Below, piece by piece: positions 36,771-46,945 of a stretch of 64,000 nucleotides of DNA. The notes below the pieces were generated by a model that made no database searches, was not told the DNA's origin, and saw only the letters and a program-made list of their open reading frames with translations. Where the stretch lies: the IMG/VR virus record IMGVR_UViG_3300044266_000359; one strand, written 5' to 3'. Every line of letters begins with the position of its first letter. Position 1 is the first letter of the stretch. The translations under genes and the position numbers were made by a program. This stretch comes from an uncultured virus (IMG/VR IMGVR_UViG_3300044266_000359). Lineage: Duplodnaviria; Heunggongvirae; Uroviricota; Caudoviricetes.

Positions 36771-37358
36771 ATGAAAATAAATCAAGCAACTGCGGCCGAA
36801 TTGGCCAACTACTCACAGCATCTAAAATCGCTGCCGCCACATGACAAATACACACGTTTTGGTTTCTCTGTCAGCAACGAAACCATTGATCAGTTGATAT
36901 TGAATGTGCTGTATCATCCCGAAGATCATTACATATTTGTAGCACAATACAATGACACTGTTGTGGGTTTTGGGCACCTGGCACGGGAAGGCGCAGACTG
37001 GGAATTGGCTGTCAGCGTCAACGAAGATTTGCAAGGCCAAGGCATCGGCAACGCACTAATGAGTCACATGATCGGCTGGAGTAAAACACACGGTATTCAT
37101 TCTGTGTTCATGCACTGCATCAGCGAAAATCAAAAAATACAGCACCTTGCTCGCAAGCATGGCTTGCGAACTGTAGAACGCTCGGGACCGGAAATAACTG
37201 CAAAAGTTGAATTGCCGGATCCAACAATGATAGATTATGTTAAAACTTATTTGGAAGAACAACAAAATCTAATCAAACAAATTACCGATTTACAAAAAAA
37301 GCTATTGGCTACATTTTCGCCTGTGGCTGTATTCAACCCACAAGACAAAGTAGAATAA
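36771..37358 (+). CDS. GNAT-family acetyltransferase
   Basis: VSV..DLQGQGIGNALM motif A; N..IQHLARKHG. Confidence 0.85.
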   Translation: MKINQATAAELANYSQHLKSLPPHDKYTRFGFSVSNETIDQLILNVLYHPEDHYIFVAQYNDTVVGFGHLAREGADWELAVSVNEDLQGQGIGNALMSHMIGWSKTHGIHSVFMHCISENQKIQHLARKHGLRTVERSGPEITAKVELPDPTMIDYVKTYLEEQQNLIKQITDLQKKLLATFSPVAVFNPQDKVE

Positions 37359-37359
37359 A

Positions 37360-37869
37360 TTGAAAGAAAAATTCAAACACGCATACATGGACACAGCACG
37401 TAGATTTGCTGAACTCAGTCCAGCAATTAGACGCAAGGTAGGAGCCATTGTTGTAAAAGACGATAGAATTATTTCAATCGGTTACAACGGCATGCCTGTG
37501 GGCTGGGACAATGAGTGTGAATATAAAGAATATCTAAATGCTGCTAAGGCAGGGTTCATGAACGACGCAGAAATCCAAGATAAATTTCCCTTTGAAGAAT
37601 ACGTAGAGGAATATCAAGCCATGCGTAGATACCGTCTAGTGACCAAAGACGAAGTACTCCACGCAGAGTCCAATGCAGTTTCAAAGTTGGCAAAAAGCAA
37701 CGAGTCGGGGTTGGGTGCAGATTTGTTTGTGACCACAGCACCTTGCATTCATTGTGCCAAACTCATACACCAGACTGGTATTCGCCGAGTGTGGTACAGC
37801 GACAATTACAGAGATTCGGCAGGCATTGATTTCTTGGTCAAGTCCGGCGTAACTGTAGAAAAAATTTAA
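37360..37869 (+). CDS. dCMP deaminase
   Basis: KVGAIVV, SIGYNG, HAESNA, PCIHC. Confidence 0.9.
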   Translation: MKEKFKHAYMDTARRFAELSPAIRRKVGAIVVKDDRIISIGYNGMPVGWDNECEYKEYLNAAKAGFMNDAEIQDKFPFEEYVEEYQAMRRYRLVTKDEVLHAESNAVSKLAKSNESGLGADLFVTTAPCIHCAKLIHQTGIRRVWYSDNYRDSAGIDFLVKSGVTVEKI

Positions 37870-38585
37870 TGTATAATCCAAAATTCAATTACCAACCTGT
37901 GCCCAGAGTAACCATCGAGGGCAAACGTTTTTACGCCACTCCTGATGGAAACAAATTACCTAGTGTAACCACAATTCTAGACAAAACCAAAAGTGAAGAA
38001 AGCAAAGCAGCACTGAACCAATGGCGAGCAAGAGTAGGCACCGAGCGAGCACAGCAAATTACCACAGAAGCAGCCAATCGAGGCACAAGGATGCACACGT
38101 ACTTGGAAAAGTACATCAAAGAAGGCGCCATCCCTCCACGTGGAAGCAATCCTTTCTCATGGCCCAGTCATATTATGGCTGAAGAAGTTGTTAAAAAAGG
38201 CTTGGTCAATGTAAGCGAGTTTTGGGGTATTGAAGTCCCACTGTATTTCCCCCGAGTATATGCAGGTACTACAGACGGTGCGGGCATACACTTGAACGAA
38301 GAATCCATTTTAGATTACAAGCAAACAAATAAGCCTAAAAAGCGTGAGTGGATTGAAGATTACTTCATGCAACTTGCTGCCTATGCAGAAGCACACAATG
38401 AATTGCATGGCACACGAATCAAAAAAGGCGTAGTTTTGATGTGCGTCAAGCCCGATTTAGACGCCAATCACAATATCATTGGTCAGCCGCAATACCAGGA
38501 ATTTGTGCTAGAAGGCACAGAATTTGAGAAGTATCGCGGACTGTGGTGGAAAAAGGTTGAACAGTATTATCTGCTAAATATGTGA
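37869..38585 (+). CDS. PD-(D/E)XK exonuclease
   Basis: PSVTTIL, RGTRMH, AGTTD, ILDYK, QLAAYA. Confidence 0.85.
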   Translation: MYNPKFNYQPVPRVTIEGKRFYATPDGNKLPSVTTILDKTKSEESKAALNQWRARVGTERAQQITTEAANRGTRMHTYLEKYIKEGAIPPRGSNPFSWPSHIMAEEVVKKGLVNVSEFWGIEVPLYFPRVYAGTTDGAGIHLNEESILDYKQTNKPKKREWIEDYFMQLAAYAEAHNELHGTRIKKGVVLMCVKPDLDANHNIIGQPQYQEFVLEGTEFEKYRGLWWKKVEQYYLLNM

Positions 38586-38603
38586 TACCTCGAGGATATC
38601 ACA

Positions 38604-40499
38604 GTGGCAATTTTACAAATTTCAAGAATAACCAATCGCAAAGGATTAGCCGAAGACCTCCCACAACCATTGGCTGGTGCAGAGCTGGGTTGGGCAACGG
38701 ACAGTCGTAGATTATTCATTGGCAACGGAACTGTTGCCGAAGGCGCCCCTGTAGTGGGCAACACAGAAATTCTTACTGAATTTTCTGATTTGCTTTCCTT
38801 TGCTAACCAATACACTTACAACGGTGTCAGCGCCACTGGATACACAGTACAAACAGGTCCTACTGTAGCTACCCCGGTTTCGCAAAGCATACAAGATAGA
38901 TTAGATAGCATCGTAATCGCTACAGATTTTGGAATCGTTGGCGATGGTGTTACTGATTGTACCGCAGCGATCAACCGTGCAATGTACCAATTGTATTGTG
39001 TCAATAATAATCCAGCAATTCGACGGGGATTGTTTTTTCCAGCCGGTGCATACCTCATTACAGGAACCTTGTACATTCCTACCTATGCCACACTGATCGG
39101 CGAAGGAAATGAAGGCACAACTATTTCATTAGTTACACAGACTTGGTTAGGAACAGTTGCCTGGCAGGCTGATACTATTGTGGTTCGCGAAGGCGTTTAC
39201 TATCTTTCTTCGCAAGCTGTGCCCCCAAATACCAGTATTGGTGATACAACCTATTGGACTGAAGTACCAGCACCTGAACAGGTTTGGCAAACAGTAGACA
39301 GTCAATTCAATACAGGTACCAGCATTGGCCTAGGATCAGCAGTTGCTCCAACTGGTATCACTATTACAGGAATACAATTTACCACAGACAATCCTGGAAT
39401 GCAAGGTGCATTGTTGGAAGATGCAAGTCATGTGGTATTAGACAGTGTAAGCATTTTAGGACCTCTCACTGAGCAAAATATCACTGACATTGTTATAGAC
39501 AGTATTGTAGTTGCAGCGGACATCAATGCCGGCTACGAATACACAATTGTCACACTAGGCGACACAGATTTTACAGAGATTGGTGCTTCACAAAACGTAA
39601 TAGGTACAAGATTCACAGCCACAGGACCTGGAACAGGAACAGGTACTGCTGAAATCATGTATCCAACCACCACAGCTATTGCCTGGGCCAGTACGCCTGC
39701 ATTGGTTTGCAGCAATGTAAACATCACAAATTGCAAGTTCGGTGGTTTCTGGACCGGAACAAAAACAGATCAGCAAATCAAAGGCATAGTGATCGGCCAA
39801 TCAAAATTTGACACACTGTATCAAGGCATATATCTTGGCGGAGATGCACCAACTGATGGTGGCGCCAGCGGTGTGCGTATGGTTCAAAATACATTTGACA
39901 ACATTTATTTGCAAGGCATCTCACTTGAAAATGTTGAAATGAACGTGTCAGCATACAACACATTTTATGATGTAGGCAACGAATTCAACGGCGTTGATTA
40001 TCCACAAAGTTCAATCATTGACTTTGATGCTGACAACAACGTCAGCATTGGAGACATGTTCCAAAGAACTGCTGATGTTGCAGAAACTTCTGGATTGGCT
40101 AGAATCAATCTGCATCGCCGTGCGAACATTGCCATGGACGGCGCTTATGCTCTGGATCTAGGAACATATCACCGCCAGTCTGGACTTGAAGCAACTCTAG
40201 CAGATGGATCCGACGCTGCGGCATTGTTTACAGTTGATTCCGCTGTCACTCGAGCATTTGCTGTTGACTATACCATCGTCCGAGACACTGCTGTGGAAAC
40301 AGGAAAATACACAGTGGTAGCAGGCACCGACGGAGAGGGCACTGGACTAAACTCAACATACACTGCCCAACTTCAGAACAGTGTCACAAATGTATTCTTT
40401 TCTGTTTCTGAATCCGGTGGTGTGGTATCTCTGCTATATACAGTTGTTCCCAGCGGAACAGACGCCTTACTTTCATACTCTGTAACAAAACTAGCTTGA
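38604..40499 (+). CDS. Tail spike/fibre protein with pectate-lyase-like beta-helix
   Basis: LAGAELGWATDSRRLFIGNG N-terminus; DFGIVGDGVTDCTAAINRA; GTG start. Confidence 0.75.
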   Translation: MAILQISRITNRKGLAEDLPQPLAGAELGWATDSRRLFIGNGTVAEGAPVVGNTEILTEFSDLLSFANQYTYNGVSATGYTVQTGPTVATPVSQSIQDRLDSIVIATDFGIVGDGVTDCTAAINRAMYQLYCVNNNPAIRRGLFFPAGAYLITGTLYIPTYATLIGEGNEGTTISLVTQTWLGTVAWQADTIVVREGVYYLSSQAVPPNTSIGDTTYWTEVPAPEQVWQTVDSQFNTGTSIGLGSAVAPTGITITGIQFTTDNPGMQGALLEDASHVVLDSVSILGPLTEQNITDIVIDSIVVAADINAGYEYTIVTLGDTDFTEIGASQNVIGTRFTATGPGTGTGTAEIMYPTTTAIAWASTPALVCSNVNITNCKFGGFWTGTKTDQQIKGIVIGQSKFDTLYQGIYLGGDAPTDGGASGVRMVQNTFDNIYLQGISLENVEMNVSAYNTFYDVGNEFNGVDYPQSSIIDFDADNNVSIGDMFQRTADVAETSGLARINLHRRANIAMDGAYALDLGTYHRQSGLEATLADGSDAAALFTVDSAVTRAFAVDYTIVRDTAVETGKYTVVAGTDGEGTGLNSTYTAQLQNSVTNVFFSVSESGGVVSLLYTVVPSGTDALLSYSVTKLA

Positions 40500-40505
40500 C
40501 ATTCG

Positions 40506-40931
40506 ATGTGGCATCGACAATTTTCTGATCGACTGAGTTCGTGGACCGAACTCAGAACAACTTGCGCTCAATTGCCTGTGGATCAAGCACTGGCAAATAT
40601 CAATCGATGGTGGTTTGACGCCCCGTGGATTCCTTATCATTTGCACTGGGATGATCAGTTAACTTGGCCCGATCCATGGCAATTGCTAGACGATAATTTA
40701 TTCTGTCCGCTTGCACGAGGACTGGGAATCCTGTATACTATAGCTATACTTGATCGCAGTGACATGCAAAATGCTGTTTTAATCGAGGTTGGAAGTGACA
40801 ATTTAGTCCAGATTGCTGGGGGGAAATATATATTGAATTGGGACCCAGATGACATCGTAAATATCAACCTAGACCGATTAAAAATTCGTCACAGCGTCAG
40901 TCAAGAGCAAATAAAAAAACAAATTAAGTAG
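40506..40931 (+). CDS. Hypothetical protein
   Basis: WPDPWQLL...FC motif; between tail gene and nrdA. Confidence 0.65.
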   Translation: MWHRQFSDRLSSWTELRTTCAQLPVDQALANINRWWFDAPWIPYHLHWDDQLTWPDPWQLLDDNLFCPLARGLGILYTIAILDRSDMQNAVLIEVGSDNLVQIAGGKYILNWDPDDIVNINLDRLKIRHSVSQEQIKKQIK

Positions 40932-40936
40932 GTAAA

Positions 40937-43258
40937 ATGAAAAATATAACAGTTGTTAAGCGCAGCGGTAGCCGCGAGCCGTTGGCATTGGAAAAATGGC
41001 AAGCTCAAATTGCCAAAATATGTTCGGGTATAGCAGATGTTAGCCAGAGCATGATAGAGATCAGAACACAGTTACATTTTTATGATGGTATAACAACACA
41101 AGAAATTGATGGTATTACATTACGTGCTATTGTGGATTTGATTGATATTGAATCCAACCCTGATGTTGGACACACCAACTATCAGTACGTGGCAGGAAAA
41201 CAGCGACTGAGCATGTTGCGTAAAGATGTATACGGAACATATGATCCTCCACACTTGTTGGATATTGTCAAGCGAAATGTTGCAGTAGGTTTGTACACTC
41301 CTGAATTGCTGGAATGGTACTCAGAAGATGATTGGAATCGAATGAATGAAATCATTGATCATTCAAAAGATGAGCAGTACAGTTATGCCGCAGTGGAGCA
41401 GATGATCGAAAAATATTTGGTCAGAAATAGAGCAACGAAAGAAATTTATGAAACACCTCAAGTTAGATACATGGTTGCTGCTGCGACTGTATTCCACAAA
41501 GAAGAGCCTAACTCAGCTCGTTTACGCTATATCAAAGAATATTATGGCGCGGCTTCGGACGGCCTTTTCACACTGGCTACTCCAGTCCTCGCTGGTCTTG
41601 GTACTCCTACTAAGCAGTTTAGCAGTTGCGTTCTTATCAGGTCAGACGACGATCTGGACTCAATCTTTGCCTCTGGCGAGATGATGGCCAAGTATGCCAG
41701 CAAGCGAGCTGGCATTGGCTTGGAAATTGGACGCTTGCGTCCGCTAGGATCGCCCATACGTGGTGGAGAGATCATGCACACCGGCATGATTCCTTTCTTG
41801 AAAAAATGGTTCGGTGATTTACGTTCATGTTCACAAGGTGGTATCCGTAATGCAAGTGCGACTGTGTTTTATCCCATCTGGCATCATCAGTTCGATGATC
41901 TCATTGTGCTCAAGAACAACCAAGGTACCGAGGAGACACGGGTACGGCATATGGACTATGGGGTGGTACTGTCGGCTTTCTTTTGGCGTCGATTCAAGAA
42001 CAAAGAAAATATCACTTTCTTTGATCCCAACGAGGTGCCGGATCTATACGAGGCATTTTATCGGAACACTAAGTTATTTGAAGATCTATATGTCAAATAT
42101 GAAGCTAGATCTGACCTCCGGAAAAAGACTATGTCTGCTGAAGAAGTCTTTGCCTCAGGCATACTTAAGGAACGAACAGACACTGGTCGCATTTATCTAG
42201 TGTTCATTGACAATGTGATGAATCAAGGTCCATTTGACCCTGAGTATCACACCATTTACCAGAGTAACCTTTGCTGTGAAATTCTCCTCCCTACAAAGCC
42301 GTTTAAGCGTCTGGATGACGCTGATGGGCGCATCGCGCTCTGTACGCTTGGAAGTATTAACTGGGGCGCCTTCCGGAATCCTGAAGACATGCGCCGTGCT
42401 TGCAGAATTCTGCAGAGATCCTTGTGTAATATCCTTGACTACCAAGACTTCCTTTCTATCCAAAGTCAACTATCGAACGATGAGATTCAGCCGCTGGGTA
42501 TCGGTATTACTAACCTTGCTTACTGGCATGCCAAACGGGGTTTCCAATATGGCGACCGGGATGCTTTGGCCGAGGTTAAATCGTGGATGGAGCACCAGGC
42601 TTTCTACCTTACCGAAGCAACAGTTGAACTTGCGAAAGAGCGTGGCCGCTGCAAAGATTCGGACCGCACCTGGTACGGTAAGGGTGTGTTTCCTTGGGAG
42701 CGACGAGCCGCCGGGGTCAACGAACTCACGGACTTTTCACCTGAGTTAAACTGGGAAGGCTTGCGCGGACTGATGCGAGCATGGGGTGTGCGTAATGCCA
42801 CACTGATGGCCATTGCTCCTGTAGAGTCAAGCAGTGTTGTGATCAACTCAACCAACGGCATTGAAATGCCCATGAGCTTGATCACTGTAAAAGAAAGCAA
42901 AGCTGGTTCACTCACACAAGTGGTTCCAGAATATCAAAAGCTGAAGAACCGTTATCAACTGATGTGGGCACAAAAAGATTGCGACGGTTATTTGAAGACA
43001 GCGGCTGTATTGGCAGCGTATGTTGACCAATCAATCAGCACAAACACCTTCTACAATCCGGCCCACTTTCCCGACCGCAAGGTTCCCACAACATTGATTG
43101 CTCGAAACTTAATGCTGGCTCATCACTGGGGATTGAAAACATTCTACTACAGTTTGATCAACAAGCAAGGTAGCAAACAAAAAGACGAAGATGTAGTTGC
43201 ACCGTTAGAAGTGATTGACTACGACATGGAAGAAGATTGTGAATCTTGTAAGCTATGA
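40937..43258 (+). CDS. nrdA: Ribonucleotide reductase class Ia alpha subunit
   Basis: ATP-cone start VVKRSG, QFSSCVL, SNLCCEI, APVESSS, KTFYY, C-terminal CESC. Confidence 0.97.
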   Translation: MKNITVVKRSGSREPLALEKWQAQIAKICSGIADVSQSMIEIRTQLHFYDGITTQEIDGITLRAIVDLIDIESNPDVGHTNYQYVAGKQRLSMLRKDVYGTYDPPHLLDIVKRNVAVGLYTPELLEWYSEDDWNRMNEIIDHSKDEQYSYAAVEQMIEKYLVRNRATKEIYETPQVRYMVAAATVFHKEEPNSARLRYIKEYYGAASDGLFTLATPVLAGLGTPTKQFSSCVLIRSDDDLDSIFASGEMMAKYASKRAGIGLEIGRLRPLGSPIRGGEIMHTGMIPFLKKWFGDLRSCSQGGIRNASATVFYPIWHHQFDDLIVLKNNQGTEETRVRHMDYGVVLSAFFWRRFKNKENITFFDPNEVPDLYEAFYRNTKLFEDLYVKYEARSDLRKKTMSAEEVFASGILKERTDTGRIYLVFIDNVMNQGPFDPEYHTIYQSNLCCEILLPTKPFKRLDDADGRIALCTLGSINWGAFRNPEDMRRACRILQRSLCNILDYQDFLSIQSQLSNDEIQPLGIGITNLAYWHAKRGFQYGDRDALAEVKSWMEHQAFYLTEATVELAKERGRCKDSDRTWYGKGVFPWERRAAGVNELTDFSPELNWEGLRGLMRAWGVRNATLMAIAPVESSSVVINSTNGIEMPMSLITVKESKAGSLTQVVPEYQKLKNRYQLMWAQKDCDGYLKTAAVLAAYVDQSISTNTFYNPAHFPDRKVPTTLIARNLMLAHHWGLKTFYYSLINKQGSKQKDEDVVAPLEVIDYDMEEDCESCKL

Positions 43259-43431
43259 TAGCTAACGCACAAGATCTGCCAGAAAAGAAAGCCAGCGTAG
43301 AGGTATCGGGCATCAAAGTTGTTGTTGACAAAAACGATAACTGGGAAACTGTAGGAATGATACTCGTACTTGTATTAGGAGTATACGCAGGAATCAAAGT
43401 TATAAACAAAATTTTTAAGGAAACTAAATGA
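43255..43431 (+). CDS. 58-aa single-TM microprotein (not in ORF track)
   Basis: ATGA overlaps with both nrdA and aceA. Confidence 0.6.
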   Translation: MIANAQDLPEKKASVEVSGIKVVVDKNDNWETVGMILVLVLGVYAGIKVINKIFKETK

Positions 43432-44636
43432 AAAAGCGTAATTACACACAGGAACAAGTTCGTAAGTTACAAGGTAGCGTACAAATTGAACACACACTGG
43501 CCAAACGTGGAGCATACAAACTTCGCGAGCTATTGGCCAATGAACCATACATCAACACCTTGGGTGCATACAATGGTCAAATGGCAGTACAACATGCCAA
43601 AGCTGGACTCAAAGCAATTTACTTGAGCGGTTGGCAAGTGGCAGGTGCAAACAATACCTCAAACCAAACCTATCCCGACCAGTCATTGTATCCAGTTGAC
43701 TCAGTACCTCGTGTGGTCAAAGGTATTAACAATGCTTTCCGTCGTGCTGATCAAATTGAAACACTGGAAGGCAATGTCACAACAGATTACTTCCTGCCTA
43801 TTGTTGCAGATGCCGAAGCAGGCTTTGGTGGTGCGCTAAACGCTTACGAACTGATGGCAGCAATGATCGAAGCTGGCGCTGCTGGTGTACACTTTGAAGA
43901 TCAATTGGCGTCGGAAAAGAAATGCGGCCACTTGGGCGGCAAAGTTCTTGTACCCACAAGTCAAATGATTCGCACACTGAATGCCGCACGACTGGCCGCG
44001 GACGTTGCAGGAGTTGACACAGTTATCATGGCCCGAACCGATGCAGAAAGTGCAACACTGATTACCAGCGACCACGACCCACTAGACAAGGATTTTATTA
44101 TCAATGAGCGCACTGAAGAAGGCTTTTATAAATTTAAGAATGGTATTGATGCTTGTATTAGCAGAGGTCTTGCTTATGCCCCTTACGCTGATCTCCTTTG
44201 GTTTGAAACTTCGACTCCTGATATTGCACAAGCTAAGAAGTTTGCTGATGCCATCCACGCTGAGTTTCCTGACCAAATGCTTGCTTACAATTGCAGTCCT
44301 AGTTTTAATTGGCGTAAGTTTTTGAGCGAAGACGAGTGCGAAACGTTCCAGCGTGAACTAGGCGAACTGGGCTACAAGTTCCAGTTCATTACACTTGCCG
44401 GCTTCCACTCAGTTAACCTTGCTACCTTTGAATTGGCCGAAGCGTACCGTCAACGTGGTATGGCTGGCTATTCAGAAATGCAACAACGTGAGTTTGCCGC
44501 TCAAGAGCGTGGATTTACCACTGTCAAGCATCAACGTGAAGTTGGCGTTGGTTACTTTGATGCTATCAGCGAAGCAGTGGGTGCCACAAGCACTGTGGCC
44601 AACCGAACAAGTACAGAATCGGATCAGTTTCATTGA
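43428..44636 (+). CDS. aceA: Isocitrate lyase
   Basis: [59 protein letters not shown]. Confidence 0.97.
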   Translation: MKKRNYTQEQVRKLQGSVQIEHTLAKRGAYKLRELLANEPYINTLGAYNGQMAVQHAKAGLKAIYLSGWQVAGANNTSNQTYPDQSLYPVDSVPRVVKGINNAFRRADQIETLEGNVTTDYFLPIVADAEAGFGGALNAYELMAAMIEAGAAGVHFEDQLASEKKCGHLGGKVLVPTSQMIRTLNAARLAADVAGVDTVIMARTDAESATLITSDHDPLDKDFIINERTEEGFYKFKNGIDACISRGLAYAPYADLLWFETSTPDIAQAKKFADAIHAEFPDQMLAYNCSPSFNWRKFLSEDECETFQRELGELGYKFQFITLAGFHSVNLATFELAEAYRQRGMAGYSEMQQREFAAQERGFTTVKHQREVGVGYFDAISEAVGATSTVANRTSTESDQFH

Positions 44637-44830
44637 ACTCACTGGAACGTATCTGGGCCAGAGCAACTGGGCATTTGATGGGCGAGACCGATGAGGATCG
44701 CCCTGATGTGCCTATACTCACGCTGAAAGAAGCTCGAATAGCATTGTTTTTCAAAACGTTTTGGGTTATAATACATGTGATAACTTGCTGTTTTATTATT
44801 GCCGGCGTTATTAGACATTGGAACAATTGA
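44633..44830 (+). CDS. Small membrane protein
   Basis: TTGA overlap; hydrophobic C-terminus. Confidence 0.6.
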   Translation: MNSLERIWARATGHLMGETDEDRPDVPILTLKEARIALFFKTFWVIIHVITCCFIIAGVIRHWNN

Positions 44831-44831
44831 T

Positions 44832-45032
44832 ATGATACATATTAGACGCGAAGGCGGGCTCCTTCACAATGGTTTTAATTTTTATTCGTTAACAGACAAA
44901 AACAGTTTTGGATTTTTGTTTAGGTATGGTCCTTACATGCCACAGACGAATTTGGGTTCTAAAGTTTACTGTTTTAGATACAGCAAACAAACAAAAAAAT
45001 GGATAATCGGACATGTCGCAAGCTCAATATAA
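44832..45032 (+). CDS. Hypothetical protein
   Basis: AT-rich ORF filling the gap before nrdB. Confidence 0.5.
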   Translation: MIHIRREGGLLHNGFNFYSLTDKNSFGFLFRYGPYMPQTNLGSKVYCFRYSKQTKKWIIGHVASSI

Positions 45033-46113
45033 CTTAAAAACAAAAACAGATTACTTGCAACGCAAGATGTTTCTGGACCCAGCCGGTCCGGTCACTATTC
45101 AACGCTTTGAAGAAGTCAAGTACAACAAGATTGTGAAGTTTGAACAAGAAGCACGTGGTTTCTTTTGGGTACCAGAAGAAATCTCATTGACCAAAGATGC
45201 TCAGGATTTCAAAGACGCCAGCGAAACTGTGAAACATATTTTCACTAGTAACTTGTTGCGCCAAACAGCATTGGACAGTTTGCAAGGTCGTGGACCCAGT
45301 CAAATTTTTACACCTGTGGTGAGCTTGCCTGAACTGGAAGCCTTGGTCTACAACTGGACCTTTTTTGAAACAAACATCCACAGTCGTAGTTATTCGCACA
45401 TCATTCGCAACATCTACAACGTGCCCAAGGATGTGTTTAATACCATTCACGACACTGAAGAAATTGTGAACATGGCTTCAAGTGTGGGCCGGTATTATGA
45501 TCACTTGCACATGGTCAACTGTGAAAAAGAACTAGAAGTTCCTGTTAAAGAACAACCACATGTCAAAGCCATTTGGCTGGCACTGAATGCCAGTTATGCA
45601 CTGGAAGCGTTCCGCTTCATGGTTAGCTTTGCCACAAGCCTGGCCATGGTCGAAAACAAGATCTTCATTGGCAACGGCAACATCATCAGTTTGATTCTGC
45701 AAGATGAAATCCTGCACAAAGAATGGACTGCTTGGATTATCAACCAAGTGGTCAAAGAAGATCCACGTTTTGCCGCTGCCAAGGCAGAATGCGAAGCAGA
45801 AGTCTATGCCATGTACATGGACGTTATTAGAGAAGAAAAAGCATGGGCAGATTACCTGTTCAAGTTCGGTCCTGTTATTGGATTGAATGCCGCTATCCTG
45901 CGAGACTTTGTGGACTATACTGCGGCCGCTGCGCTCAAGGAAATTGGTATCAAGTATCAAAGCCCTGCACCCAAGAGCACGCCCATTCCTTGGTTCAACA
46001 AACATGTGGATACACACAAGAAACAAACAGCACTGCAAGAAAATGAAAGCACCAACTATGTGATTGGTGTTCTTGACGGCAAAGTGGATTACGATTCATT
46101 ACCAGATTTATAA
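45013..46113 (+). CDS. nrdB: Ribonucleotide reductase class Ia beta subunit
   Basis: FFWVPEE, LDSLQGR, ETNIHSRSY, LEAFRF, DEILH. Confidence 0.95.
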   Translation: MSQAQYNLKTKTDYLQRKMFLDPAGPVTIQRFEEVKYNKIVKFEQEARGFFWVPEEISLTKDAQDFKDASETVKHIFTSNLLRQTALDSLQGRGPSQIFTPVVSLPELEALVYNWTFFETNIHSRSYSHIIRNIYNVPKDVFNTIHDTEEIVNMASSVGRYYDHLHMVNCEKELEVPVKEQPHVKAIWLALNASYALEAFRFMVSFATSLAMVENKIFIGNGNIISLILQDEILHKEWTAWIINQVVKEDPRFAAAKAECEAEVYAMYMDVIREEKAWADYLFKFGPVIGLNAAILRDFVDYTAAAALKEIGIKYQSPAPKSTPIPWFNKHVDTHKKQTALQENESTNYVIGVLDGKVDYDSLPDL

Positions 46114-46123
46114 GGAGAATAAA

Positions 46124-46357
46124 ATGAAAGCAACAGTATGGAGTAAAAATGGATGCGGATTTTGCTCACAGGCAAAAGCACTGCTGGAAAGCAAGGGCAT
46201 CGAATACGAAGAGCGAAATATTACCAACAGCAACTGGACCCGAGATGATTTGCTAACTGCGGTACCCACTGCCAAAACTCTGCCACAGATTTTTCTTGGC
46301 GAAGAATACATCGGTGGTTACACTGAATTGAGAAAAAAATTAACAGAAAGTGCATGA
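46124..46357 (+). CDS. Glutaredoxin
   Basis: CGFC, TLPQIF, IGGY; TAAGGAG RBS. Confidence 0.92.
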   Translation: MKATVWSKNGCGFCSQAKALLESKGIEYEERNITNSNWTRDDLLTAVPTAKTLPQIFLGEEYIGGYTELRKKLTESA

Positions 46358-46659
46358 TGACATTAGAAGTAGGAAAAGTATATACATTTAAGATGAACTC
46401 TGGCGAGGAAATGATTGCCAAGTATCACAGCGAGGTAGTAGGAAACTATATTGCAGTCACTGATCCAGTGAGCGTGGCGCCTGGGCCAAAAGGCATGGGC
46501 CTGGTACCCAGCTTGTTTACTGGAAACCCCGATCAAAGTGTCACTATAAATACTAACTGTATTGCTATGTATGTGGAAACTGACGATGCTGTCAGGGGCA
46601 AATATACAGAAGCAACCACTGGTATTCAAGTGCCAGACAAAAAAATTATAATGGGATAA
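46354..46659 (+). CDS. Hypothetical small beta protein
   Basis: FKMNSGEEMIA motif; coupled. Confidence 0.65.
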   Translation: MMTLEVGKVYTFKMNSGEEMIAKYHSEVVGNYIAVTDPVSVAPGPKGMGLVPSLFTGNPDQSVTINTNCIAMYVETDDAVRGKYTEATTGIQVPDKKIIMG

Positions 46660-46660
46660 C

Positions 46661-46945
46661 ATGCCACCAGTGCAACGACAAGGCGATCCAAACACAGCAG
46701 GGGGAACAAACACCAGTGGTGTGAGTTCGGTGCGAGTGAACGGAAAGCCTATTGTTGTTGATGGCACAGTGGTCAGTAGCCATGCACCCTGGGGAAGACC
46801 TCATCCGCCGCATGAAGCTGCTACCACAACAGGCGGCGTGGGCTCTGTGCGTGCAGGCAATATTCCGGTCAATGTTGATGGCAATGCTGACACATGTGGT
46901 CACACTAGAACCGCAGGTTCGGGCGATGTAAGGGCAGGCGGATAA
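46661..46945 (+). CDS. PAAR-domain spike tip protein
   Basis: RQGD, SVRVNGKP, His residues, TCGH...GSGDV. Confidence 0.88.
   Translation: MPPVQRQGDPNTAGGTNTSGVSSVRVNGKPIVVDGTVVSSHAPWGRPHPPHEAATTTGGVGSVRAGNIPVNVDGNADTCGHTRTAGSGDVRAGG

Noticed and set aside
37869..38585. Cas4 call
   Set aside because: PD-(D/E)XK motifs are present, but the four-Cys Fe-S cluster and any array are absent
6632..46113. Introns or inteins in terminase, uvsX, helicase, nrdA, nrdB
   Set aside because: ORFs are continuous and of normal length, with no homing endonuclease or intein motifs
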